A stretch of DNA of 64,000 nucleotides from Syntrophales bacterium. Lineage in GTDB: Bacteria > Desulfobacterota > Syntrophia > Syntrophales > PHBD01. Positions 50,244-60,162 of the stretch are shown here, piece after piece. Position numbers and translations under genes: made by a program. Positions within the stretch are counted from its first letter, which is position 1. Every line of letters starts with the position of its first letter. The stretch spans positions 2,624,001 to 2,688,000 of the forward strand of contig OY764159.1 of assembly GCA_963668175.1 (NCBI GenBank). Reading direction: 5' to 3'. Below the pieces are notes generated by a model. The model saw nothing but the letters and a program-made list of their open reading frames with translations. It was not told the origin of the DNA and searched no databases.

Positions 50244-51464
50244 ATGCATTCCCCCGAAAAGACGAGACGGTACCTCCCGTGGATCGCCCTTGCCGCATCG
50301 ACGGGCATCAACATGACCATGGGCATCAACTACTCGTGGAGCGTCATCAAGAAGGCCCTGGTCGTCCAGTGGGGCTGGACGAACGTGCAGGCGTCCCTTC
50401 CTTATACGGCCTACATGTTCGCCTTCACCCTGATGATGATCTTCGGCGGCAGGCTGCAGGACAAATTCGGGCCGCGCAGGGTCGCCACCGTCGGCGGCAT
50501 CCTGGTGGGCATTGGGCTCACGGCCTGCGGATTCGCCGACACGCCTTTCTGGATGATGTTGGGTTACTGCGTCAACGGTTTCGGCAACGGCATGTGCTAT
50601 TCCACGACCATCCCCGCCTGCGTCAAGTGGTTTCCCCCGGAAAAGAGGGGCATGGTCACCGGGATCGTGGTCGCCGGCACCGGCGTGGCGTCCGGCTACT
50701 TCTCCCCCCTTGCCGACTGGCTCCTCGGCAGCTACGGCATCCCCCGGACGTTTATGGTCCTCGGTGCGGGAATCTTCGTCGTTCTCATCGTCCTGTCCCA
50801 GACCGTGAAGAATCCGCCCGAAGGGTACATGCCCGCCTGCGCCCCCGGTGCGCCGGCGAAGCCGCATAACCGGCCCGCTGCGAAAGAGATCGGCTGGCCG
50901 GAAATCGTCAAACAGCCGACGTTCGTCAAACTGTGGCTCATGTATCTCGGGGCGGCGTCGGCGGGGCTCATGATCATGGCCCATATCGCGACCATCGCCA
51001 AGACGCAGGCCGCCTGGGAGAACGGTTTCTATCTCGTCATCGTCTACGCCGTCTTCAACGCGACATCCCGGCTGGTCGCCGGATACCTGTCCGACAGGTA
51101 CGGCCGCCTGCGGATCATGCTGGTCATCTTCGTCGTCCAGATGGTCAACATGGCCCTCTTCATCTTTTACAACACGCCTGCTTCACTGGTCATCGGCACG
51201 GCCGTCATCGGCATGGCCTACGGCGCCGCTTTCGCCCTCTTTCCGCTCGCGACGGCCGATTTCTTCGGCCTGAAAAACCTGGGCGGCAATTACGGCCTCC
51301 TCATCACCTCGTGGGGGTGCGCCGGCCTCATCGGACCCCTCGCGGCGGGCTGGGCCGTCGATGTGACGGGCCGGTACGGATCGGCCTATGTCATTTCCGT
51401 CGTCCTCCTCGCCATGGCGGCCATCCTCGTCCCGACGATCAAAACCGCCAAAAATCCGCAGTAG
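50244..51464 (+). CDS. OFA-family MFS transporter (oxalate/formate antiporter-like)
   Basis: YSWSV, GRLQDKFGPR, KWFP.EKRG and DFFGLKN.G.NYG; about 12 TM helices. Confidence 0.9.
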   Translation: MHSPEKTRRYLPWIALAASTGINMTMGINYSWSVIKKALVVQWGWTNVQASLPYTAYMFAFTLMMIFGGRLQDKFGPRRVATVGGILVGIGLTACGFADTPFWMMLGYCVNGFGNGMCYSTTIPACVKWFPPEKRGMVTGIVVAGTGVASGYFSPLADWLLGSYGIPRTFMVLGAGIFVVLIVLSQTVKNPPEGYMPACAPGAPAKPHNRPAAKEIGWPEIVKQPTFVKLWLMYLGAASAGLMIMAHIATIAKTQAAWENGFYLVIVYAVFNATSRLVAGYLSDRYGRLRIMLVIFVVQMVNMALFIFYNTPASLVIGTAVIGMAYGAAFALFPLATADFFGLKNLGGNYGLLITSWGCAGLIGPLAAGWAVDVTGRYGSAYVISVVLLAMAAILVPTIKTAKNPQ

Positions 51465-51520
51465 ACGTCGAACTGTCTCCGGTTTATCGAAAGATGTGCA
51501 AACGGCAGGGGCCGTCCGCG

Positions 51521-52243
51521 TCAGAAGAGCCAGATGTGGTCCAGGTCCTCGCCGGATTTGCCTTCCGTCAGGCGTTCCCGGACGATCCGCGCGGGGCTTC
51601 CGGCCACGAGCATGTTGGGCGGGACGTCCTTCGTGACGACGGCATGGGTGGCGACGATGGCCTGAGCGCCGATCGTCACGCCGGGCAGGATGACCGCACC
51701 GGTGTAAACCTTCGCGTGGTCCCCGATGACGACGGGCTTGTAGATGCGCTCGATGTGGGACGACTCCGAGTGGGAATGGGTGAATATCCTGACGTCCTCG
51801 GCGAGGGCCACGTGGCTGCCGATGGTCACGCCCCCCTTGGAGTCGATGAAGACGCCGCGGTTGAAGAAGACGAAATCGCCCGCCGCGATGTTCTGCCCGA
51901 AGTTGAAGCGGGCGTTCTCCTCGGCGATGAAGCCGATGCCGCACTTCCTGAACAGCCGCCCGGCGACGAGCCTCCGGAAGAGGATGCTTAGGTTCGCGTT
52001 CAGGCAGACGGGGAGCTTGTCGACGGCGTCCCACAGGAAGTGGAGGCAGCGCTGCTCCGTCGTGAAGGGGAATTCGCGCCCCAGGGGGAGGAGTTCGCTG
52101 TACAGGGTCAGCTCCTCGAAGAACGACGGCGAATAGGCGGGCCCGTCCAGAATTTTCAGGATGCGCACGGCGCCCTCCGCGTCGAGGCCGGACGATAAAA
52201 CGGCTTCGATCTCTTCAAGCGTGCGGTCGATCACTTCCCCCAT
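51521..52243 (-). CDS. Hexapeptide-repeat acyltransferase
   Basis: ILPGVTIG..A.V...AVVTKDVP...VAGSPAR. Confidence 0.9.
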   Translation of the reverse strand: MGEVIDRTLEEIEAVLSSGLDAEGAVRILKILDGPAYSPSFFEELTLYSELLPLGREFPFTTEQRCLHFLWDAVDKLPVCLNANLSILFRRLVAGRLFRKCGIGFIAEENARFNFGQNIAAGDFVFFNRGVFIDSKGGVTIGSHVALAEDVRIFTHSHSESSHIERIYKPVVIGDHAKVYTGAVILPGVTIGAQAIVATHAVVTKDVPPNMLVAGSPARIVRERLTEGKSGEDLDHIWLF

Positions 52244-52355
52244 GTTTACTCCTCCATTTCTTGTTTCTCTTCGTCGAGCTTCTTCAAAACCGGATCGCCG
52301 GCGGGAAGGTTTTTCCGTTCCGCGTGCAACCCCGCCGTCTGCTGCATTTATCGGG

Positions 52356-52934
52356 TCATGCGTTCAATCCGTCCGCGGCCATCTTCTCCGCCGCCGCTCG
52401 AACGGCTTCCAGCATGTACTTCCGGTTTTTCTGGGTGACGCCGATGAAATCGCACTGGGCGGAACTCAGGTCGAAATATTGCAGGTTGTTCATATGGAGG
52501 AACAGCTTTTCCATGGAGGCCAGGCAGTGGAGCGTGCCGACGCCCGTGCCGCCCGCGGCGGCGATGCAGATGAACGGCTTGCCCTGAACCCTGTTGCCGT
52601 CTTTCATGGCCTCGCATCTTCGCAGACGGTCGAACATCGCCTTGGCCGATTCGCTCATGTCCCACCAGTAGACGGGCGTGACCACGACGAACCCGTCAGC
52701 CTCGCCGATTTGTCCGTGAAGCGCCTGGAAGTCGTCCTTCACCTTGCAGATGCCTTTTTCCTTGCAGACGCCCCATCCGTCCCTGCATGCCTTGCATTTC
52801 GAGATGGAAAGGTCGTTCAGACGAACCGCGGCCGCTTCCGCGCCGCCGTCCGCAACACCCTGTTTGGCCGCCCTGCCGCAGGCCTCCGTCAAACCGTCCT
52901 TGTTGGGACTGCAGGTAATGATCATCACTTTCAT
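52356..52934 (-). CDS. Iron-sulfur flavoprotein / flavodoxin family protein
   Basis: SPN, CKAC...C-x5-C, TPVYW and FDRL. Confidence 0.88.
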   Translation of the reverse strand: MKVMIITCSPNKDGLTEACGRAAKQGVADGGAEAAAVRLNDLSISKCKACRDGWGVCKEKGICKVKDDFQALHGQIGEADGFVVVTPVYWWDMSESAKAMFDRLRRCEAMKDGNRVQGKPFICIAAAGGTGVGTLHCLASMEKLFLHMNNLQYFDLSSAQCDFIGVTQKNRKYMLEAVRAAAEKMAADGLNA

Positions 52935-53077
52935 ATCGGCTCCAAATCGATAAATGTTCTTCACGGCTTCGCGGCCGCCGGGCCCGTTCCGCCGCGTTTG
53001 CGCGATTCTTCAAAAGGCCGCCCGAAACATCGCGCAAGGGCGGTCATCATAAACGATGCCGCATCCCGGCGCAAGCT

Positions 53078-53344
53078 TCATGTCCCGGAACCGGCCGTGT
53101 CCGGGGTGTCGAGCTTCTTCAAAACCGGATCGCCGGCGGGCAGGATGTTGACGCTTTCCGTTTCCCCGTCGAAGACGAGGACGGCGGCCCCGCGCAAAAG
53201 CTGCTCCTTCACCTGGTTGAACTTCGTCTCCCGCGACGCTTCGCGGGCGCCGTAGTCGGTCCCTTCGCGTGCGACGAACGCCTCGATAACGCCTGCCAGC
53301 GCCTCCGGCGAAAGCCTCTCTACGGGTATGATGTATCCGGCCAT
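53078..53344 (-). CDS. yheU: YheU family protein
   Basis: IP...LS.EAL...IE.FV.REGTDYG signature. Confidence 0.85.
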   Translation of the reverse strand: MAGYIIPVERLSPEALAGVIEAFVAREGTDYGAREASRETKFNQVKEQLLRGAAVLVFDGETESVNILPAGDPVLKKLDTPDTAGSGT

Positions 53345-53371
53345 GATATTGCTCTCAAACGTATCCTGTCA

Positions 53372-53441
53372 TCGGAAGGCCGTGCCGCCGGCCATCGGAA
53401 GGCCGCGCCGCCTACCGTCGGAAGGCCGTGCCGCCTACCGA
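53372..53441. repeat. 23-bp tandem repeat, three copies
   Basis: TCGGAAGGCCG(T/C)GCCGCC at 53372, 53395 and 53418. Confidence 0.85.
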
Positions 53442-53459
53442 TCGAAGCGCGAATCCCTC

Positions 53460-53843
53460 TCATTCCTCCGGGGCCTGCGGTTCCGCCTGGCCCTTTTTCC
53501 GGGGAAAGTGTCTGAAGACGACGACGCACGCGGCCACGTTCAGGGCGATGAGGACGATTCCCGGAAGGAGCGCCAGCGCCGTGTCAGCCACACCCTGATA
53601 GGGCCAGCCCTTCTTTTGCAGAGCTAGAACGGACAACGACCACGCCCCGGTAATGAACAGGGCCAGCGTGTAGACGAGATACTTCGACCACGGCTTGTCC
53701 CTGTAAAGGCCGTAAGCCGTGAAGAAGGCGTAGAACGTCCATACGAAGAGAAACGGATCGCGGCTTGTCGCCCTGTAGGCGGAATAGAGGCCGTACAGGC
53801 ACAGGAGCGCGATGACGAGCAGAATGGAAAGGGGTTTTTTCAT
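53460..53843 (-). CDS. Hypothetical membrane protein (about 4 TM)
   Basis: Four hydrophobic segments; GAGG RBS. Confidence 0.75.
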   Translation of the reverse strand: MKKPLSILLVIALLCLYGLYSAYRATSRDPFLFVWTFYAFFTAYGLYRDKPWSKYLVYTLALFITGAWSLSVLALQKKGWPYQGVADTALALLPGIVLIALNVAACVVVFRHFPRKKGQAEPQAPEE

Positions 53844-54102
53844 GTCGGGTCCTCGATTTCAAAATCTCGGAAGATGGTGCAACATCCCGGCGGAATTGTC
53901 AATGGCCCGGAGCAGAAAGCGCGGAAGACGGGGGAGGCGGGGACGGAAGTCAGTCTGGAGGGGAGGGCGGGGCAGCGGCGATTTCCCGGATGCCGGAAAA
54001 GAAGGCGTTGACAAGGAGTGAGCGCAGAAGATATTCTTTCATGGATAAGGATGGAATCGGGCCTTCGGCCCATTGAAAATATTCACGGAAGGAGAAAGAT
54101 CG

Positions 54103-55533
54103 ATGAGGAAGAAAATCGGGTTGTCTATGTTCGGCATCGTCTGCGCCCTGTCGGCCCTGTGCCTGGCGACGGGGGCATTTGCGGCGCCCGCGCCGCAGGC
54201 GGAGAAGGTCGATGTCGTGGTCGTGGGCGGCGGGATCGCGGGATTGACGGCGGCCGTAGCCGCAGCCGAGAACGGCGCGAAGGTCGTTCTGCTTGAGAGG
54301 ACGGCGCTTCTGGGCGGCAACTCCCTGCTCTCCACGGGGTCCCTTTATCTGGGCGCAACGAGCATCCAGAAGGAGGCGGGCGTCAAGGATACGCCGGACG
54401 AGTTCTACAAGGAAGCGATGGCCGCGAGCGACAACAAGCGCGATCCCGTCCAGACGCGGTTGATCGCCGACCTGGGCGGTCCGCTGGTCGACTGGTACAT
54501 CGGCCTGGGCGTCAAGTTCGAGAAGAAGGTGCGCGTGACCATGGGCAGCATGACGCCGCGCCAGCACACGCCCGTCGGTAACGCCCCCGGCCTGATCAAA
54601 GGCCTGGCCGAGGCGGCGAAGAAGAAGGGCGTCCGCATCATGCTCGACACGCGGGCCACGAAGCTGATCACGGGCAAGAACGGCGCCGTCGCGGGCATCG
54701 AGGCGGCGCGCGGCAGCCGGGCGCTGCGATTCGATACGCCCACGGTCGTCCTGGCGACGGGCGGGTTCGGAGCCAATCCGGAACTCGTGAGGAAACTCAT
54801 ACCGGACCAGGCGGACGCGATCTACGCCGGGCATCCGGGGACGACGGGCGACGGCCTGGTCATGGCAATGGACAAAGGGGCCGACGTGGTCGACATCGAC
54901 GTGCCGTGGCTCACGCCGACCGTCCAGATCGACCAGAAGCAGCTCATCACGTCCAACGTGATTTCCAAGGGCGGCATCCTGGTCGATTCGAAGGCGCAGC
55001 GCTTCACCGACGAGGCGGCGTCCTACGAGAAGGCCGCCAGGGCGGTCGTCAAGACGGGGGAACCCTTCGTCTACGAGATCTACGACGAGAACGTGACGGA
55101 GCAGGTTTACCGCATCGCCGACTACCGGAAGCAGGGCATGGTCATGGAGGCCCGGACGTGGGACGAACTGGCCGGGAAGGTCGGGCTCGATGCGGCGGCG
55201 CTGAAGCAGACGATAGCCGAGTACAACGCGGCCGTGGAGAAGAAGAACGACAAATTCGGCCGCCAGATGTTCGGCAAGAAGCTGGAGAAGCCGCCCTTCG
55301 GCATCATCAAGGTGAAGCCGGGCACGATCATGACGCCGGGCGGCCTCAGGATCGACAAGGACATCCGCGTGGTCAAAAAGGACGGCTCCGTCATTCCGGG
55401 GCTCTATGCCGCGGGCGAAGTGACGGGCGGCTACCGGGCCTACGGGTACATCGGCGGAGATTCGCTGGCGCACGGCGCGGTCACGGGCATGGTGGCCGGG
55501 AAGAACGCCGCCGCCTTCGCGAAGAAGAAGTAA
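54103..55533 (+). CDS. Exported FAD-dependent oxidoreductase, flavocytochrome c / fumarate reductase flavoprotein family
   Basis: Signal peptide, GGGIAG, LATGGF, TGDG and GLYAAGEVTGG. Confidence 0.9.
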   Translation: MRKKIGLSMFGIVCALSALCLATGAFAAPAPQAEKVDVVVVGGGIAGLTAAVAAAENGAKVVLLERTALLGGNSLLSTGSLYLGATSIQKEAGVKDTPDEFYKEAMAASDNKRDPVQTRLIADLGGPLVDWYIGLGVKFEKKVRVTMGSMTPRQHTPVGNAPGLIKGLAEAAKKKGVRIMLDTRATKLITGKNGAVAGIEAARGSRALRFDTPTVVLATGGFGANPELVRKLIPDQADAIYAGHPGTTGDGLVMAMDKGADVVDIDVPWLTPTVQIDQKQLITSNVISKGGILVDSKAQRFTDEAASYEKAARAVVKTGEPFVYEIYDENVTEQVYRIADYRKQGMVMEARTWDELAGKVGLDAAALKQTIAEYNAAVEKKNDKFGRQMFGKKLEKPPFGIIKVKPGTIMTPGGLRIDKDIRVVKKDGSVIPGLYAAGEVTGGYRAYGYIGGDSLAHGAVTGMVAGKNAAAFAKKK

Positions 55534-55585
55534 ACCGCGCATCCGGTCGATTTCCGGATACGGCGATAGCCTTGACTGGAAACAG

Positions 55586-55612
55586 AACGGGGGCCCGACG
55601 GGCCCCCGTTTT
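55586..55612 (+). terminator. Rho-independent terminator
   Basis: AACGGGGGCCC-gac-GGGCCCCCGTT-TT. Confidence 0.8.
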
Positions 55613-55693
55613 CAGTCTGAGGAGATAGACTTGAGATAAGTGCGAAATCTACGGGAACGACAACAGAGTCCGATACCGCATTAACGTGCTTGC

Positions 55694-56248
55694 CTATTGG
55701 CAGATTTTGATATCCATCCCTGCACAGCCGCCCGGCTTCATTTCGCGGGCGCAATTGAATTCATACCGGGTTCCGCTCCACTGCCAGACGGCAAAACAGT
55801 GACCCTGTCCGGTTATCAAGAGATCCGGGAAACCATTCCTTTGCGTTGCAAGTATTTTGTAAGATCCTGGGAAATCGAGATTTTTCAGGTAAATTCCCTG
55901 GCGATCCTTAATGAACAGCGCGACCGACCGCCATGTCATGCCGGATGTATGGATGTTTCCCCAGTCGATAAAGACTTCCTCCACACCGTCTTTATTGAGG
56001 TCGACGATGACGACACGCGGAGAAACGTCGCCGTAGAATTTTTGCTCGATCTTCTTTTTGTCCCAGGATAAGCGAAACTCCATTTTATCGTATATCTGCT
56101 CTTTCTCCTGCCGGGTCAGCTTCGATTTCGTGCCTTGAAAGAGAAGTTCGCAACCCTCCGCTGCCAGGCACGCACCATGGAATGCAACAGGGAAAACGAT
56201 TGCGGCAATGAGGAAAAAGACTGTTTTCATGTCGATCTTCGGAAACAA
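55694..56248 (-). CDS. Hypothetical exported protein
   Basis: Signal peptide; DLNKDG.EE loop. Confidence 0.72.
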   Translation of the reverse strand: MFPKIDMKTVFFLIAAIVFPVAFHGACLAAEGCELLFQGTKSKLTRQEKEQIYDKMEFRLSWDKKKIEQKFYGDVSPRVVIVDLNKDGVEEVFIDWGNIHTSGMTWRSVALFIKDRQGIYLKNLDFPGSYKILATQRNGFPDLLITGQGHCFAVWQWSGTRYEFNCAREMKPGGCAGMDIKICQ

Positions 56249-56287
56249 GAATCGCGCCTCCTTCGTGAACCGCTCGGCTTAAACAAG

Positions 56288-57235
56288 TTATGGTGTCTCA
56301 GTCTTTTGCTCATTCCCCGCCCGGGGCTTATAGCGATAAAGATTATACGACCCGAAAATGAAGTAGATTCCTATAATGATGCATAACACTTTTTGAACGA
56401 TTTGATACTGAGCTGAAACGGCAAAGATGCCGACGGCCAGCGCACCCAGCCCGGAGATGAGCAGGGAAAGGATCATGACCCAGAATGCTTTGACATTCTT
56501 ACGATAAACAAACACGGATACGATTCCATAGAAAACAAATGCAAAAAAAGAAAATAATAAAATGAAGCCGGCCAGACGACGATACGGCAAAAGAAATTTC
56601 AACATGAAAGGTAAGAATAGCAAGTAAGCAATCGATATCGTCGGGATCGCGCTTAGAAATTTCACTTTCAGCATCCAACTGACGAAAATCATGCCTGCAA
56701 TCAGGATCGTTAATAAGGTCATCCCTTTATGGAAAGAAAAGAGAAGCGAATCGGTGCCCATGACGACGAGCCGGCGGTACGGCAGAGCGGATCTGCATTC
56801 GTAAACCAGACCCAGGTTTTCAAATTCGACTTGGGAAACGATCCAGGGATCAAGATAGTATACATTCGTGCTCTTGAATTTAGCGCCCTTTTCCAGGGCA
56901 ACGCCATTCACGAGCAGGATGTCGTCCTTCCTTTCCAAGACTATTTTCGCGCCGTAGGTTGCAATCTCCAGGGTATCCGTGCGCGAACTTTCATTAAGAC
57001 ATCCTCCGCCTCTGAAATTGAACCTTTCCGTATTTAAAAAAGCCTGAATCCGGGCGCCTGATATGGCCCTGCTATGCGTTTCATTTCGAATGCAGTCCTT
57101 TTCATGAACAACCGTGCAGGGCTCATCGGCAAAACCCCCGAAATTAAGATGATAGACCGCAGTCAATACAATATTGCCAATCGAGACCAATGCGATCAGG
57201 TATAAAATTTTATATGGCCAGTGGATGAGTTTCAT
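56288..57235 (-). CDS. Hypothetical membrane protein
   Basis: N-terminal TM helix, periplasmic domain and about 5 C-terminal TM helices; AT-rich. Confidence 0.72.
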   Translation of the reverse strand: MKLIHWPYKILYLIALVSIGNIVLTAVYHLNFGGFADEPCTVVHEKDCIRNETHSRAISGARIQAFLNTERFNFRGGGCLNESSRTDTLEIATYGAKIVLERKDDILLVNGVALEKGAKFKSTNVYYLDPWIVSQVEFENLGLVYECRSALPYRRLVVMGTDSLLFSFHKGMTLLTILIAGMIFVSWMLKVKFLSAIPTISIAYLLFLPFMLKFLLPYRRLAGFILLFSFFAFVFYGIVSVFVYRKNVKAFWVMILSLLISGLGALAVGIFAVSAQYQIVQKVLCIIIGIYFIFGSYNLYRYKPRAGNEQKTETP

Positions 57236-57639
57236 TTCTCAAATTACGCAAATGATGGGATAGACGGTTCAACTCGACGCCTGCCCTCCGAACCTCCGTT
57301 GCGAATCGCCGTCGACGGCCGCGCCGCGGTGGCAAAAGAACATCATGAACATCCATTTTTGAAATATGGAAGATATTAATGACGATATGTATAAAATGCA
57401 ACTATAAAATATGAATCATGATAGCATAACAATGGTTGTCGGCGGATTGTGTCGGCGACCCTGGATGCAGGCATCGGTTGGAAATAACGGCTGGAAAGGT
57501 CGGGAGCTTGCGTGAATTGAAGCGTGCTTGTTTGCGGCAAACAGCTGCGAAAGGCCCGCACGGCGGAGGGCGGGACAAGGCCGACCGCCGGGCGGGATTG
57601 TTCGTCGTGAGGACAGACCTGGATAGAATTAATACGGCG

Positions 57640-58122
57640 TTACAGTTTCCCCCGGCGGGAAGACCAGATGGGGCCGCCGTTCTTATGGCCGCAAGTCCCG
57701 CGGTAGATAACGAGATCCCCGTCGTCCTGCACGGAGAGGAAAAAATGCCCCGCCGGTCCGTAGGTCCGGGACGACCAGATGCTCAGTTCCGTCCGCGCCG
57801 GCGGACGTCCCTTGTAGATGACGAGGTTGCCGTCCTCCTGCATGGCCATATAATACTGGCCCTGCTCGCGGTACGTATGGCTGTGCCAGACGGCGCAACT
57901 AGGATTGCCGACGCAGCTGCCTTTGTACAGCACGAGGTTCCCGTCCGACTGCATGGTCAGGACGTAAGCGCCGTTGGGCGACACGACGCTTTCCCCCTCG
58001 AACAGGTAGGATTTGTGGTTCGGCGGCGACGCCGTGAGGAATATGCCTTCGGCTGCGGCGCAGACCTGGGCGGCCAACAGCGTCCACATAAAAACGGCCG
58101 CGACGATCAATGCTTTTTTCAT
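57640..58122 (-). CDS. Exported bulb-type (B/GNA) mannose-binding lectin domain protein
   Basis: QSDGNLVLY, QEDGNLVIY and QDDGDLVIY (QxDxNxVxY) motifs. Confidence 0.9.
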   Translation of the reverse strand: MKKALIVAAVFMWTLLAAQVCAAAEGIFLTASPPNHKSYLFEGESVVSPNGAYVLTMQSDGNLVLYKGSCVGNPSCAVWHSHTYREQGQYYMAMQEDGNLVIYKGRPPARTELSIWSSRTYGPAGHFFLSVQDDGDLVIYRGTCGHKNGGPIWSSRRGKL

Positions 58123-58161
58123 GACTGCCTCCGTGTTGTCTTAGAGTTATTCGGGGGCCGC

Positions 58162-58800
58162 CTACTGGATGCGGTCCATGGTTACGTTTCCGGAGGCCGG
58201 CTGGCTGTCGGCCCACACGCCCGTCGCCCGCCTGCAATCGCCGGAAAGGGTGAAGTCGTAATAGCCCTTAACGCGCCCGTCGGCCGTCACGTAATTCAGG
58301 CGCACGGAATTGCCGTTCTGCACGGCGGTGCCGTGGGCGTTTCCGTAGCCCTGTTCCTGGGCCTGGAACCGGCCGTTGCCCATGGGCGTGAAGGTCCAGC
58401 GGCCGTCCCCGTTACGCCACACGCCCGCAACCTGGCAGGAGCCGCCGGCGCGGACCAGGCGCGCATGCCCCCCCGCCGGGCGGCTGTCCTGGTACTTTCC
58501 GTCGGCCGACTGTCCGTCCGCCGAGAGGGTGACGTCGTAAAGGCCGGTCACGGCTCTGTCGAGCGTCGCATAGACGAGGACGAGGCGGTTGCCGATCACG
58601 ACGGCCGTGCCCCTGGCATTGCCGAATCCGTGTTCGACGGCGCGGTACGTCCCTTCGCCGGTCGCCGTGAAAGTCCACGTTTCGCCGGACGCCCCGTGTT
58701 TCCAGACGCCGGAAATATCCGCGGCGGAGGCGGACGATACCGCCATCGACAAGGTAAATAGCGCGAAGACGATCAGTCTTACATAAGATGTACGGCTCAT
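58162..58800 (-). CDS. Exported protein with two tandem beta-barrel-like repeats
   Basis: GVW...WTFT..G.G...A.E.G.GNA.GTAV occurs twice. Confidence 0.8.
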   Translation of the reverse strand: MSRTSYVRLIVFALFTLSMAVSSASAADISGVWKHGASGETWTFTATGEGTYRAVEHGFGNARGTAVVIGNRLVLVYATLDRAVTGLYDVTLSADGQSADGKYQDSRPAGGHARLVRAGGSCQVAGVWRNGDGRWTFTPMGNGRFQAQEQGYGNAHGTAVQNGNSVRLNYVTADGRVKGYYDFTLSGDCRRATGVWADSQPASGNVTMDRIQ

Positions 58801-59104
58801 ACAAATTCCTTTCTCGTGATTTACGGTGTTGCGGATTATTTTAAACGGGAAAATCTCCCGTTTCAAAGCCTGCTTCATGCCCGGATGGGCGGCATTATAA
58901 GGGACTCATGAAGCGAAAGCAACGGTAAAGGGCGCTTGAAGAAGAAAAAACGGGACGGCGGACGGCATGGACGGGATCGCGACGACGCCCGGAAGCGGGC
59001 ATAAGGTACGGGCCGGACTGAAAACGATCGAATACGGCCCTTGCGTTTGCAGGAATGAGGAGTAGAATATGAGCATATCCTACTAAACAGCAAGGAGGTG
59101 CTTT

Positions 59105-59491
59105 ATGGCGAAGGACAGAAAAACAGGTCTTATCCTTGTGGCGATTTGCATGTTTTTTCTTGTAACGGCGCTTTCGGGCTGCGACCGTTCGCCCAAGGTG
59201 TATTGCACCGAAAGCGAAGACGGCACGGATTACAAGGAGACGGGGCTCACCCTGAAAGACGTTATGAAGCATCTGGAAAAAAACAAGATAGCGTATAAGT
59301 ACGACGAAAAAGAGAAGGTGCTTTACTTCCAGACGGCCCGGATCTATTTCAAGGATCACGCATCGGGCCTCGTCGCCTACAAGGCGAGACAGCCCCAGAC
59401 GAAAATTGAAAACCCGGACCTTGCGCCGTTCCGGCCCCAGGGGGAATTTGTCCTCGATCCCTGCAAGCTTCTGGCGTTGATAAAGAGATGA
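59105..59491 (+). CDS. Hypothetical lipoprotein
   Basis: LSGC lipobox; AAGGAGGT RBS. Confidence 0.8.
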   Translation: MAKDRKTGLILVAICMFFLVTALSGCDRSPKVYCTESEDGTDYKETGLTLKDVMKHLEKNKIAYKYDEKEKVLYFQTARIYFKDHASGLVAYKARQPQTKIENPDLAPFRPQGEFVLDPCKLLALIKR

Positions 59492-59602
59492 TCGGCTGCG
59501 CGGCCTTGCCGCCGGAGACGATGAAAAGAGAATCGCATATGAAGGTGCGGCAAAAATAAACGGGAGGCGCGCCATGGGAAAGCATGGCCGAAAAAGACAG
59601 AA

Positions 59603-59965
59603 ATGAATTCCGATTCCAGAAACATTCCCTACCGGACCATCGATTGGTCGAAGATCCCGAGAACGGAGCATAAGGGCGAAACGGGCGTCGCCTGGTGGCG
59701 GACCGTGCAGTTCCCCGGTTTGCGGGTCCGTATCGTCGAATACTCCGAGGGCTACATGGCCGATCACTGGTGCAGGAAGGGACATATCGTCCACTGCCTT
59801 CAGGGAACGTTGACGAGCGAGCTTGAGAACGGCGAAACGCACGTGTTGAAGGAGGGGATGACGTATGTCGTGTCCGACGAGCTCAGCTCCCATCGATCGA
59901 TTACGAAAGACAGGGTCGTCCTCATGATCGTCGACGGGGATTTCCTCCGGTACCGGGAAGAATGA
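59603..59965 (+). CDS. DHCW-motif cupin fold protein
   Basis: ADHWCRKGH and SSHRS. Confidence 0.88.
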   Translation: MNSDSRNIPYRTIDWSKIPRTEHKGETGVAWWRTVQFPGLRVRIVEYSEGYMADHWCRKGHIVHCLQGTLTSELENGETHVLKEGMTYVVSDELSSHRSITKDRVVLMIVDGDFLRYREE

Positions 59966-60162
59966 CATTCAGGACGTTTTATTCCTCGCGGGGCTTGCGG
60001 GTGCCGTTTCGCGACGCGAATGAATACCCTGGAAAACGCGGGCGCAACCGCGGCGGAGCGTGCGGCAGGTGACCGTCCCGGCCGCAGGGCCTGTTCTGAA
60101 GATTCGCCGCGCCGTCGTCGGCGGGCAATGCGTATCCGTCCGGCGGGACTTTCTCTTCGCCG

